From Nitrospirota bacterium (GTDB lineage Bacteria; Nitrospirota; UBA9217): 24,000 nucleotides of DNA. The stretch is from positions 3,319-27,318 of the forward strand of contig JAAXXJ010000007.1 in NCBI GenBank assembly GCA_013334545.1, read 5' to 3'. This document shows positions 8,395 through 16,584 of the stretch, piece after piece. How positions within the stretch are numbered: the stretch's first letter is position 1; every line of letters starts with the position of its first letter. The position numbers and the translations under genes are program-made. The notes under the pieces were generated by a model. That model was not told the DNA's origin, made no database searches, and saw only the letters and a program-made list of their open reading frames with translations.

Positions 8395-9708
8395 CTAGGG
8401 CTTCTTCCCGCCGGGCTTTGCGGCGCCGGCGGACGGCGCAGTCTTGGCCGCTCCGCCGAGCTTTGCATCGAAGTTATAGACGAAGTTCAGCATGCCGCGT
8501 ACTTCCCGGATGACGTCGGGATTCGAGACGTACTCCACATCGGCGACGACACGGGTCCTTGGTGAGAAGGTGTAACCTGCGGCAGCGGTCCCCGTGTAGG
8601 CATCTGACACGCCGTTGACCGGCTGATCGTAGGACACATGGACGAAATCGAGGGTTATATCCGCTTTGGCGATCTTCTTGAACACGTACACGCGCTGATC
8701 ATCGTAGCAAAGGTCGTCGGACGGCCCGTTCATGCGATGCAGGGCGACCCCGGCGCCGAAGCCGGCGCCCGTGTACACGACGCTGCCTCCCCCATAGGTC
8801 GCCGAATCGTTCAGGACCTGGTAATCGTAGTTCCGATAATCAGCAATGACCGTGACCGGCCCGCCGATGGTTATGGCGATGCTCCCGCCGGCCATGGTGA
8901 CGATCTCGTTCGGATCGATGTTCGTGAACGAGAAGGCGCTCATCAGCATGCTCTGCGTGGTATTGACCGCCGAGAAATATTCTTTATACCAGGTCTTTGA
9001 GGCGTTGAGGTTCAGGCGGAACCATGCAAACGGGCCGATTGCTGCGTGATACTGGTGCTGCATCCAGTTCTTGGACGAACCGTTATAGGACGATGTGCCC
9101 ATGAGCTCCAGCTTGCTCAGCGGCCTGATCCACAGGTCAAGGCCCTCTTCCTTGCGGAAGTCCTTTCCGTCGTTCTTTTCCTTCAGGTAGGACACGCCGA
9201 TGGTGTAGATGCCGGGCAATCCCTGGGAGACCCTGCCGCCGTACGCTGAATCCCCAGAACGCGTGTCGCCGTCGGTCTCGACGGGATTGCCGCCATATGC
9301 CGCGATGGTGAAACCGCCCTTGAGGTCCGTGCGGGCATAGGCACCGTCGATCTGCGCTGAGGCGACCCCCTCATTTACCCGGAGCCTCCCGAAGCTCAGC
9401 GCCGAGTTGCCGGTTTTCCTTTTCAGGGTCACATAGGCGTACTGGAGGTCTCCGGTGGATGTTGAGCCAAACTGCTCGTTCTGCAGATCATACCGGTACC
9501 ATCCTCCGAAATGGAATGAGACGGCATCAGAGCCTGTTTTGCCGGCTGTGAAGCTGAGATATTCATACAGCGGCAGGTACCGCGTGCCATCTGTGGCCTG
9601 GCTGGACTGAAGATAGGTGCGTGACTGCCCCGCAAGGTCGACGGCTGAAGCGGTAAGGGGGAGCGAAACAAGGAGGGACAATGATGCGGCGACGCGAAGT
9701 GATCTCAT
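8395..9708 (-). CDS. Putative outer-membrane beta-barrel protein (porin-like partner of the cytochromes)
   Basis: 437 aa with a clear signal peptide (MRSLRVAASLSLLVSLPLTASA). Many alternating amphipathic strands (e.g. AVSFHFGGWYRYDLQ, GPVTVIADYRNYDYQVL, TRVVADVEYVSN) and an aromatic C-terminal strand region (GMLNFVYNFDAKL). Located immediately upstream of the two cytochrome genes. Confidence 0.75.
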   Translation of the reverse strand: MRSLRVAASLSLLVSLPLTASAVDLAGQSRTYLQSSQATDGTRYLPLYEYLSFTAGKTGSDAVSFHFGGWYRYDLQNEQFGSTSTGDLQYAYVTLKRKTGNSALSFGRLRVNEGVASAQIDGAYARTDLKGGFTIAAYGGNPVETDGDTRSGDSAYGGRVSQGLPGIYTIGVSYLKEKNDGKDFRKEEGLDLWIRPLSKLELMGTSSYNGSSKNWMQHQYHAAIGPFAWFRLNLNASKTWYKEYFSAVNTTQSMLMSAFSFTNIDPNEIVTMAGGSIAITIGGPVTVIADYRNYDYQVLNDSATYGGGSVVYTGAGFGAGVALHRMNGPSDDLCYDDQRVYVFKKIAKADITLDFVHVSYDQPVNGVSDAYTGTAAAGYTFSPRTRVVADVEYVSNPDVIREVRGMLNFVYNFDAKLGGAAKTAPSAGAAKPGGKKP

Positions 9709-9767
9709 GCTTTCATGCTCCTCGGGAGGGGAGTTTTCACCACAGATACCGCATCTATTGCAAAACT

Positions 9768-9796
9768 ATTGTATAGATTCTTCCTGGCCGTGTCAA
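9768..9796 (-). promoter_or_regulatory. Putative sigma70-type promoter for the beta-barrel/cytochrome cluster
   Basis: Minus strand reads TTGACA (9796-9791), 17 nt (9790-9774), TACAAT (9773-9768), about 60 nt upstream of the beta-barrel start codon at 9708. Confidence 0.7.
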
Positions 9797-9851
9797 TAGT
9801 GCTCACGGTGATCCTGATCACAAAAATGATTCCAGCCGGGTGTCCACGGAC

Positions 9852-9969
9852 GAATCCAGGAGCGAGTGCATTCCCCATTGCTTGCTGCGGGGTTAGCGAG
9901 CAATTAGAATAAATAGTAACTACCTTGAGGATCGAAGATTTCCTGCAGCTTGCTGCAGGGAGCTTCAAT
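9852..9969. repeat. Dispersed ~118 bp repeat, copy 1
   Basis: gaatccaggagcgag...ttccccattgcttgctgcggggttagcgag...cctgcagcttgctgcagggagcttcaat. By eye about 90% identical to 13000..13116. Contains the hairpin CCTGCAGC-TT-GCTGCAGG and a CCCC...GGGG inverted element. Confidence 0.9.
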
Positions 9970-10158
9970 TGCCCCGTGAGACGTCCGCTCTCGGCACATG
10001 CCTGGGCTCACTGGCCGATCCGGCGATGGGGAAGTCGTCCCTTGATTTCTCCCTTCGGCTAGTGTACCTTTTACCTATATCATCCCTATCGTGGCCTGGC
10101 TGATCGCAGAGGACATGTGAGGGATGAGGAGTTCTGCATATTTCCCAAGGAGGAGCCT

Positions 10159-10722
10159 ATGGACCTGTTCGAAGCGATCAAGACCCGGAGGAGCATCAGG
10201 AAGTATGCCGACAAGCCCGTGGAGGACGAGAAGCTTGAGGCCGTGCTCGAGGCAGTGCGGCTTGCGCCGTCGTGGGCGAACATGCAGTGCTGGCGCATGG
10301 TGGTGGTCAGGGACGCGAAGGTGAAGGAGACGCTGAGCGACCTGTCCTATGTCGAGTCCTACTTCTCCCCGAAGGGGTACAAGGCGAATCCGTCGAAGAA
10401 GGCCCTCGCCGAGGCGCCAATGGTCATCGTCCTGTGCGCCGAGCCGCAGCAGTCGGGGGCGATCTGGGGCCAGAACTACTACCTCGTGGATGCCGGCATT
10501 GCATCGGAAAACCTCATGCTCGCCGCCCGTGCCCAGGGGCTTGGCACGGTCTTCGTGGGCGTCTATGACGAGGTGAAGGTCAAGGGCATCCTGAACATCC
10601 CGGTGAACGTCAGGGTCGTGGGGCTCTTTCCCCTCGGCTATCCGGCAGCGGAGCCGACGACGGGACCTCCCCGCAAGCCGATGCAGGAGATATGCTTCCA
10701 CGGCATGTGGGGAGAGCAATAA
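10159..10722 (+). CDS. Nitroreductase-family protein
   Basis: [21 protein letters not shown]...[27 protein letters not shown] is the canonical N-terminus. AAGGAGG ribosome-binding site at 10147-10153. Confidence 0.9.
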   Translation: MDLFEAIKTRRSIRKYADKPVEDEKLEAVLEAVRLAPSWANMQCWRMVVVRDAKVKETLSDLSYVESYFSPKGYKANPSKKALAEAPMVIVLCAEPQQSGAIWGQNYYLVDAGIASENLMLAARAQGLGTVFVGVYDEVKVKGILNIPVNVRVVGLFPLGYPAAEPTTGPPRKPMQEICFHGMWGEQ

Positions 10723-11048
10723 CGCGATAGGCCCCGGCGGAACCCGAGCACATGGTCCCCATCCTGGTCTTATGAGGTGTCCAGGGACGGCTGTCCACGT
10801 AACAGCAATATTCGCCACGTATCGCGGCCAAGCGCCGCATATTCCTACCCCCGGTCTCGTTCATTTTCCTCGATACCCTGAAAATACCCTGCCCGGGTTA
10901 CGTCGGGGTATGGACTCCCAACACAAAAAAGCATATTGTACCAATGCGCCGTACCTGCGAGGTGGGATCGCAGCCCATTTCAATGGAGTGCGGTCCTTGT
11001 CGAGCCGGCAGGATCGGAAGATCGCGACCTACGAGCATGGGCGGTCAA

Positions 11049-11408
11049 ATGAATTCAGGCAAAACGGTTCTTGTTGTCGATGATGATGCCGCAGTACGCG
11101 ATGTGCTTCGCCGATCTTTGGAAAACAATGGTTATACGGTAACCTGTTGTGCTAATGGCGAGTCAGCGCTGCTCATAGCCCGAGAAAGGTCCTTTGACGC
11201 CATCATTATCGACTATCGCATGCCCGGGATCAATGGGGCCATTGTCGCGGCTACGATCCGTGTCCTGATCCCCGGGGCGATTATCATCGGCATAAGCGGC
11301 AGCGATGATGGCAGAAATCTGCTCGCAGCAGGAGCTCATGTGTTCCTAAGAAAACCGGTCGATTTCGACCACCTCCTATCGATCCTCCGAGGAAACCGAC
11401 CGGTCTAG
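11049..11408 (+). CDS. Stand-alone response-regulator receiver domain protein
   Basis: KTVLVVDDDAAVRDVLRRSL (acidic pocket), IIIDYRMPGING (phospho-acceptor Asp), AHVFLRKPVDFDHLL (conserved Lys-Pro). Start chosen at MNSGKTVLV. Confidence 0.88.
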   Translation: MNSGKTVLVVDDDAAVRDVLRRSLENNGYTVTCCANGESALLIARERSFDAIIIDYRMPGINGAIVAATIRVLIPGAIIIGISGSDDGRNLLAAGAHVFLRKPVDFDHLLSILRGNRPV

Positions 11409-11627
11409 ATTCGGACCATGTCCAATCACGGTCTCGCACGGTCTTGTGCCCTGTCAGTGACCAACCGAAGCGACAGCCCACCAAAATACTTGCCAATCAT
11501 TTCGTCTTATAGTACTCTTATCGGCGGGTATCGTGCTGAGGGCTTTCCCGTCGTTCGGTCCTGTCCATCTGCGCTGCGGCAGTGACCTTGTGGCCGGAAC
11601 ACAGGGTTTTCCTGTGAGGAGGAAGCA

Positions 11628-12467
11628 ATGAAAATAACCTGCTGGGGGGCCAGGGGCTCCATCGCGGTGTCCGGGAAGGACTACGTGAAGTACGGCGGGG
11701 ACACGACGTGCGTTGAGGTACGAAGCAAGAACAACGACATCATCATCCTCGACGCGGGCACCGGCATGCGGCGTCTCGGGAACCAGCTCCTCGCCTCCAA
11801 TGAGCGCGACCTCAGCATCCTCTTCACGCACGCCCACTGGGATCACCTCATGGGATTTCCCTTCTTCAAGCCGATCTATATGAAAGGGACGTCGATCGCG
11901 ATGTATGGCTGTCCGTACGCGCAGAAATCCGTCAAGGCCATGATCGGCAACACAATGGTGGCGCCCTATTTCCCGGTGGACTACGGCCTGTTGCAGGCGG
12001 AGATCTCCTCCCACAGTGTGTGCAAGGAATCGTTCCAGATAGGGCCGGTTACCATCACGCCCATAGCCCTGAGCCATCCGAACATGGGGATCGGGTACAG
12101 GCTCGCCGAGGACGGCAAGAGCTTTGTTTTCCTGACGGACAACGAGCTGGCGCACAAGCACCATGGCGGCCTCGGCTATGATGATTACCTCCGGTTCTCC
12201 GAAGGTGCCGACCTGCTGGTCCACGACGCGGAATATACACCGGACCAGTATGCGATGACCAAGGGGTGGGGGCATTCCCTCTATACCGATGCCCTGCGCC
12301 TGGCCATGGAGGCGAAGGTGAAGCAGTTCGGGCTTTTCCATCACAATCAGGACCGTACGGACGCGCAGCAGGACAAGATCGTTGACGACTGCAGAAGCAT
12401 CGCCAAAGAGAAGAAGGCGCAGCTCACCTGCTTTGCCCTCGAGCCGCACATGGAGATTTCGCTGTAG
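11628..12467 (+). CDS. MBL-fold metallo-hydrolase
   Basis: 279 aa with WGARGSIAVSG...YGGDTTCVEV, ILDAGTGMR and the metal-binding FTHAHWDH motif. GAGGAAG ribosome-binding site just upstream. Confidence 0.9.
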   Translation: MKITCWGARGSIAVSGKDYVKYGGDTTCVEVRSKNNDIIILDAGTGMRRLGNQLLASNERDLSILFTHAHWDHLMGFPFFKPIYMKGTSIAMYGCPYAQKSVKAMIGNTMVAPYFPVDYGLLQAEISSHSVCKESFQIGPVTITPIALSHPNMGIGYRLAEDGKSFVFLTDNELAHKHHGGLGYDDYLRFSEGADLLVHDAEYTPDQYAMTKGWGHSLYTDALRLAMEAKVKQFGLFHHNQDRTDAQQDKIVDDCRSIAKEKKAQLTCFALEPHMEISL

Positions 12468-12669
12468 CCCGGCCCTGCAATTCCCGGATCCTTTCTCCCG
12501 CCTGTTTTTTTCCGGACCCTGCAACGCATGATGCCTTGGATCGCCTGGAGGACAGGGCATGTCCTCCCGAAGAGCGCAGCGCCGCAGGGGCCGCGCACGC
12601 ATGCGGAACAGAACGCCATTCTCTTCGGGCGTCTTCAGACGAAAAATGCGTCCGGGGAACAAATGCCCC

Positions 12670-12714
12670 TTGACAAAAGAAGGCTCGCCTGCTAATGTTA
12701 TGTGCATATGCACA
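12670..12714 (+). promoter_or_regulatory. Candidate promoter/operator upstream of the DUF134 gene
   Basis: TTGACA (12670-12675), 17-nt spacer, weak -10 TAATGT (12693-12698), then the perfect 14-bp palindrome TGTGCATATGCACA (12701-12714). AGGAGGT follows at 12719-12725. Confidence 0.5.
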
Positions 12715-12729
12715 ATATAGGAGGTGTTC

Positions 12730-13044
12730 ATGTCGCCACGGTGCAAGAAACCGCGGAACTGCCGATGCACCTTTAAGGGCAAGGCCTTCAAGCCTACCTG
12801 CGTCCCTATGGCAGAGGTCGAGCAGATCCCCCTCCTGCGGGAGGAACTCGAGGCCTTAAAGCTCTGCGATCTGGATGACCTCACACAGGCGGAAGCCGGC
12901 ATGAAGATGAGGGTGTCGCGAGGGACCGTTCAACGAATACTTGCTGTTGCACGGAAGAAGGTTGCGAAAGCGCTGAGCAAAGGCCAGGCCATCGTATTTG
13001 AATCCAGGAGCGAGCGCATTCCCCGTAGCTTGCCGCGGGATTAG
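12730..13044 (+). CDS. DUF134-family protein (helix-turn-helix, UPF0251-like)
   Basis: MSPRCKKPRNCRC...LREELEALKLCDLDDLTQAEAGMKMRVSRGTVQRILAVARKKVAKAL matches the DUF134 pattern. The last residues (SRSERIPRSLPRD) and the stop lie inside repeat copy 2. Confidence 0.85.
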   Translation: MSPRCKKPRNCRCTFKGKAFKPTCVPMAEVEQIPLLREELEALKLCDLDDLTQAEAGMKMRVSRGTVQRILAVARKKVAKALSKGQAIVFESRSERIPRSLPRD

Positions 13045-13116
13045 CGAGCGATGAGAATAAATAGTACAACCTTGAGGATCGAAAATTCCCTGCAGCTTGC
13101 TGCAGGGAGCTTCAAT
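13000..13116. repeat. Dispersed ~118 bp repeat, copy 2
   Basis: gaatccaggagcgagcgcattccccgtagcttgccgcggggttagcgag...ccctgcagcttgctgcagggagcttcaat. Same orientation as copy 1 at 9852..9969. Overlaps the 3' end of the DUF134 CDS. Confidence 0.9.
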
Positions 13117-13152
13117 AATCGTCGAAGAAACCATCCTAAGGAGGAACTGCAC

Positions 13153-13533
13153 ATGAAGATCTGTTTTCCCGTCCAGAATGACAAGGGGGTCGAGAGCGCG
13201 GTGTATAACCACTTTGGCTCAGCGCCGGTATTTGTCGTTGTCGATACGGACACGAACGGTATTGCGTCGATCAACAATCGGGACCAGCACCATACCCATG
13301 GCGCATGCAACCCGATGAAGGCGCTTGATGATCAAAAAGTAGACGCGATCGTCGTTGGCGGCATCGGAGCGGGCGCGCTCACAAGGCTGAACCAGATGGG
13401 CATTACGGTGCATCGCTCACAGGGAGAGACCATCCGGGAAAATCTCTCGATGTTCAAAGCGAACAGCCTTCCGGTGTTGACGGTCCAGGGGTGTTGCGGC
13501 GGACATAGCAATGACGGGGGCTGCGCTCATTAG
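13153..13533 (+). CDS. Dinitrogenase iron-molybdenum cofactor biosynthesis-domain protein (NifB/NifX/NafY-like fold)
   Basis: MKICFPVQNDKGVESAVYNHFGSAPVFVVVDTD...HGACNPMKALDDQKVDAIVVGGIGAGALTRLNQMGITVHRSQG. Histidine/cysteine-rich tail (CCGGHSNDGGCAH). Confidence 0.88.
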   Translation: MKICFPVQNDKGVESAVYNHFGSAPVFVVVDTDTNGIASINNRDQHHTHGACNPMKALDDQKVDAIVVGGIGAGALTRLNQMGITVHRSQGETIRENLSMFKANSLPVLTVQGCCGGHSNDGGCAH

Positions 13534-13568
13534 GCGTCACCGTCAAGAGCAAAAAGGAGAAGAGGAAG

Positions 13569-13937
13569 ATGGAAAACAAGGAATTCGTCTTCGTGATCAC
13601 GCATTCGTATGATGCCATTGAACGCGCAGCGGCGGCGCTGCAGCTTGCCACCAACATGGCGGCGTTCGATGCCAAAATAGATTTTTTTCTCATGAACGAA
13701 GGCGTGCATCTGGCGCGAAAGGGATTTGCCGAGTCTGTTACGTGGCAGAAGGGATTTTCTCCCGTCGCGGAGCTCATGAAAAGCCTGGTTGAAGACTTTG
13801 ACTGCAAGTTCTATATTTGCGCTTCGTGCGTGAAACCGTACGGTCTTGAAGGCGCGCAATGGATAAAGAACGCAGAGGTCAAACCGGGGTCCCATCTTGG
13901 GGAACTTCTCATGACGCGTCAGAACGTGACATTTTGA
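13569..13937 (+). CDS. DsrE/DsrF-like family protein
   Basis: 122 aa: FVFVITHSYDAIERAAAALQLATNMAAFDAKIDFFLMNEGVHLARKG...FDCKFYICASCVKPYGL. Consistent with DsrE-like small proteins; GAGGAAG ribosome-binding site. Confidence 0.78.
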   Translation: MENKEFVFVITHSYDAIERAAAALQLATNMAAFDAKIDFFLMNEGVHLARKGFAESVTWQKGFSPVAELMKSLVEDFDCKFYICASCVKPYGLEGAQWIKNAEVKPGSHLGELLMTRQNVTF

Positions 13938-14270
13938 TCCATGCAAGGGCCGCGAAGGCTGTTACGCATGTTATGGGACAGCCATAGGTGTACGGAGACA
14001 CGAACAGCGGCCCGTAGGAACTGAGCGGTCTGATCACCGCGCGTATTATTGGGTCTATCAGTGGCGCTTTTTTTTGAATAAATGTGATAGTAGCCCAGCA
14101 CATCCAGCCCGCCGATAAACTACATGTTGCTTTATCATGCCTCATGATTTATAATCTGCGCCGATTAGCAAGGGTCAAGGGTCCAGGAACATCAAACCCC
14201 TGAATTCGGCTGTTCCCGGTGATCTCGGTGCCCTCGGTGGCGAGATTGTTGCTTGATCAGGAGGTCTTGC

Positions 14271-16166
14271 TTGGCAGCTACGTACACCGCAAAGGACATC
14301 ACCGTTCTCGAAGGGCTGGAGCCGGTCAGGAAGCGGCCGGCCATGTACATCGGCTCGACGGACTCGCGGGGGCTCCACCATCTCGTGTGGGAGGTGCTGG
14401 ACAACGCCGTTGACGAGGCATTGAACGGCTACTGCACCGCCATCACGTTGCGGATCGAAAAGGACGGGGGCGTGACCGTCACCGACAACGGCCGCGGCAT
14501 CCCCGTGGACATCCACGCGAAGACGAAGCGGCCGGCCATCGAGACCATCCTCTGCACGCTCCATGCGGGAGGCAAGTTCGACCACACAGCCTACCGGTCA
14601 TCGGGCGGCCTGCACGGCGTGGGCGCCTCGGTCGTGAACGCCCTCGCTGACGTATTCACCGCCAGGGTGTGGCGCGACGGATATGAATGGAACCAGGAGT
14701 TCTCCCGCGGCAAGCCGAAGGGGAGCCTGAAAAAAGGCAAGCCCACCAAAGCCCACGGCACGGAGATCTATTTCAAGCCGGACCCCGACATCTTTTCCAA
14801 GACCACCTTCAACGCCAAGACCATCCTTGACGTCGCCGAGAGCAAGGCCTTTCTGAACAAGGGCCTCAAGATCACCGTCGAGAACGCGCGCGACAACGAA
14901 AAGCCGGTCACCTTCAAGTATGACAACGGGATCCAGGACTATATCAAGCGGATCGTTGCGGGCACGACCGTGGTGAACGCCGAGCCGTTCTATCTCGAGA
15001 AAGTGGACGACTTCAAGATCGAGTGCGCCGTCCACTGGACCCTGGCGACGGACATGGAGATCCATTCCTACGCCAACTCCATCAACACCACCGACGGCGG
15101 CACCCACGAGCTGGCGGTGCGGTCCGGCCTCACCAAGGCGGTGCGCGCCTACGCGGAGCGCAAGAACCTGATTCCCAAGAACATCAAGACCCTGGCGCCC
15201 GAGGACGTGTACGAAGGCCTCTACGGCATCGTGAGCGTGCTGGTCAAGAACCCGCAGTTCCAGGGCCAGACCAAGGAGAAGCTGAACAACCCCGAGATAT
15301 CCACACCCATCGAGAACTCGGTCAAGAACGCCTGCGAGGCCTACCTGCTTGCGAACCCGACCATGGCCGACGCTGTGGTGAAGCGCGTGCTGCTGGCAGC
15401 CGAGGCGCGGATGGCGTCGCGCGCGGCCAAGGACAGCGTCACCCGGAAGCTGTCGTCGCTCAAGCTGAACCTGCCGGGCAAGCTCGCGGACTGCTCGTCC
15501 AGCAAGGTCGAGGAGTCTGAGCTCTTCATCGTGGAAGGGGACTCGGCAGGCGGGTCGGCCAAGATGGCCCGGGACCGGAAGACCCAGGCCGTGCTGTCGC
15601 TCCGCGGAAAGATCCTGAATGTGGAGCAGGTCGCATCGCTCGAGCGCATCCAGTCGAACAACGAGATCAAGAACCTCCTGGCCACGCTAGGTTGCGGCGT
15701 GGGCAGCCACTTCGACCTCGCCAAGCTCCGGTACAACCGCGTCATCCTCATGACCGACGCGGACGTGGACGGTGCGCACATCAGCGTCCTCCTCCTGACC
15801 TTCATCTACCGGTATATGCCCGAGCTGATCAACAAGGGCCATGTGTTCCTCGCCATGCCGCCGCTGTACCGCATCGAGGCGGGCAAGGAAGTGTTCTACG
15901 CCATGGACGAGATGGAGAAGGACAAGATCCTGGCGAAGATGAACGGCAAGAAGTTCGAAGTGGGCCGCTTTAAGGGACTGGGCGAGATGAACCCGGAGAC
16001 GCTCAAGGAGACCACCATGAACCCCAGGACCCGCTCGCTCATGAAGGTCCAGGTCCTCGATCACAAGGCTACGGGCGACACCTTCGAGCGGCTCATGGGC
16101 AAGGACCCTAAGGCGCGGTTCGCATTCATCCAGGAGCGGGCGGAATACGCGGAGCTGGATATTTAG
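14271..16166 (+). CDS. Type IIA DNA topoisomerase ATPase/Toprim subunit (GyrB/ParE family)
   Basis: LEGLEPVRKRPAMYIGST, HHLVWEVLDNAVDEALNG, GRGIPVD, Toprim EGDSAGGSAKMARDRKTQAVLSLRGKILNV, DADVDGAHI, and C-terminal RFAFIQERAEYAELDI. TTG start at 14271 is preceded by AGGAGG at 14258-14263. GyrB versus ParE cannot be settled from sequence inspection alone. Confidence 0.93.
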   Translation: MAATYTAKDITVLEGLEPVRKRPAMYIGSTDSRGLHHLVWEVLDNAVDEALNGYCTAITLRIEKDGGVTVTDNGRGIPVDIHAKTKRPAIETILCTLHAGGKFDHTAYRSSGGLHGVGASVVNALADVFTARVWRDGYEWNQEFSRGKPKGSLKKGKPTKAHGTEIYFKPDPDIFSKTTFNAKTILDVAESKAFLNKGLKITVENARDNEKPVTFKYDNGIQDYIKRIVAGTTVVNAEPFYLEKVDDFKIECAVHWTLATDMEIHSYANSINTTDGGTHELAVRSGLTKAVRAYAERKNLIPKNIKTLAPEDVYEGLYGIVSVLVKNPQFQGQTKEKLNNPEISTPIENSVKNACEAYLLANPTMADAVVKRVLLAAEARMASRAAKDSVTRKLSSLKLNLPGKLADCSSSKVEESELFIVEGDSAGGSAKMARDRKTQAVLSLRGKILNVEQVASLERIQSNNEIKNLLATLGCGVGSHFDLAKLRYNRVILMTDADVDGAHISVLLLTFIYRYMPELINKGHVFLAMPPLYRIEAGKEVFYAMDEMEKDKILAKMNGKKFEVGRFKGLGEMNPETLKETTMNPRTRSLMKVQVLDHKATGDTFERLMGKDPKARFAFIQERAEYAELDI

Positions 16167-16213
16167 TCGTTGGTGCAGGAAGTGACTCGACGGTGAGAAC
16201 GGAAGAAACAGCG

Positions 16214-16242
16214 GAGGCAGGCCAAAGGGCCTGCCTCTTTTT
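16214..16242 (+). terminator. Intrinsic terminator downstream of the topoisomerase gene
   Basis: GAGGCAGGCC-AAAG-GGCCTGCCTC perfect 10-bp stem followed by TTTTTATT. Confidence 0.92.
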
Positions 16243-16363
16243 ATTCGGCTACTTCAAGGTTTGCGTGAGATGAAAGGAGAATGAGGACCAATGAGCAGGA
16301 GGGGGCGATTCGCTCCCGGTAAGAGTAGAGAATCTTAATTTTCAAGTCGGATTCAGAGTCGCC

Positions 16364-16570
16364 TTAAATGAAGACCTCGATCTGGCGAATTGTCACGGTT
16401 AACGGTATGCCCTTTTCCGCCCGTACTTCGAAGCACTCTTTTATCGCTTCCTGGATGTTCTTCTCCGCCTCCTGCTCGGTCGCCCCCTGGCTTACACAGC
16501 CGGGAATGGCAGGACATTCGGCAATATACACCCCGTCCTCATCCTGAGATATTGTTATGGTGAACATCAT
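16364..16570 (-). CDS. HicB-like (UPF0150) antitoxin-family protein
   Basis: 68 aa: MMFTITISQDEDGVYIAECPAIPGCVSQGATEQEAEKNIQEAIKECFEVR. This is the classical HicB partial RNase H-like fold signature. Confidence 0.82.
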   Translation of the reverse strand: MMFTITISQDEDGVYIAECPAIPGCVSQGATEQEAEKNIQEAIKECFEVRAEKGIPLTVTIRQIEVFI

Positions 16571-16584
16571 GCGACGGCATCTCT

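Noticed and set aside
9705-9968. 87-aa minus-strand ORF sharing the string GNALAPGF with the ORF at 12856..13212
   Set aside because: The similarity is the translated minus strand of the dispersed repeat and its flank. It is not evidence of a protein family.
11454-12902. 482-aa minus-strand ORF spanning the MBL-fold gene and the start of the DUF134 gene
   Set aside because: Overlaps two well-supported plus-strand genes on the opposite strand, spans their promoter and ribosome-binding site, and shows no family motif.
13153-13533. Evidence for a nitrogen fixation locus
   Set aside because: Only the generic NifB/NifX-like domain is present, with no nifH/D/K/E/N/B in the window. This domain is common in unrelated small proteins.
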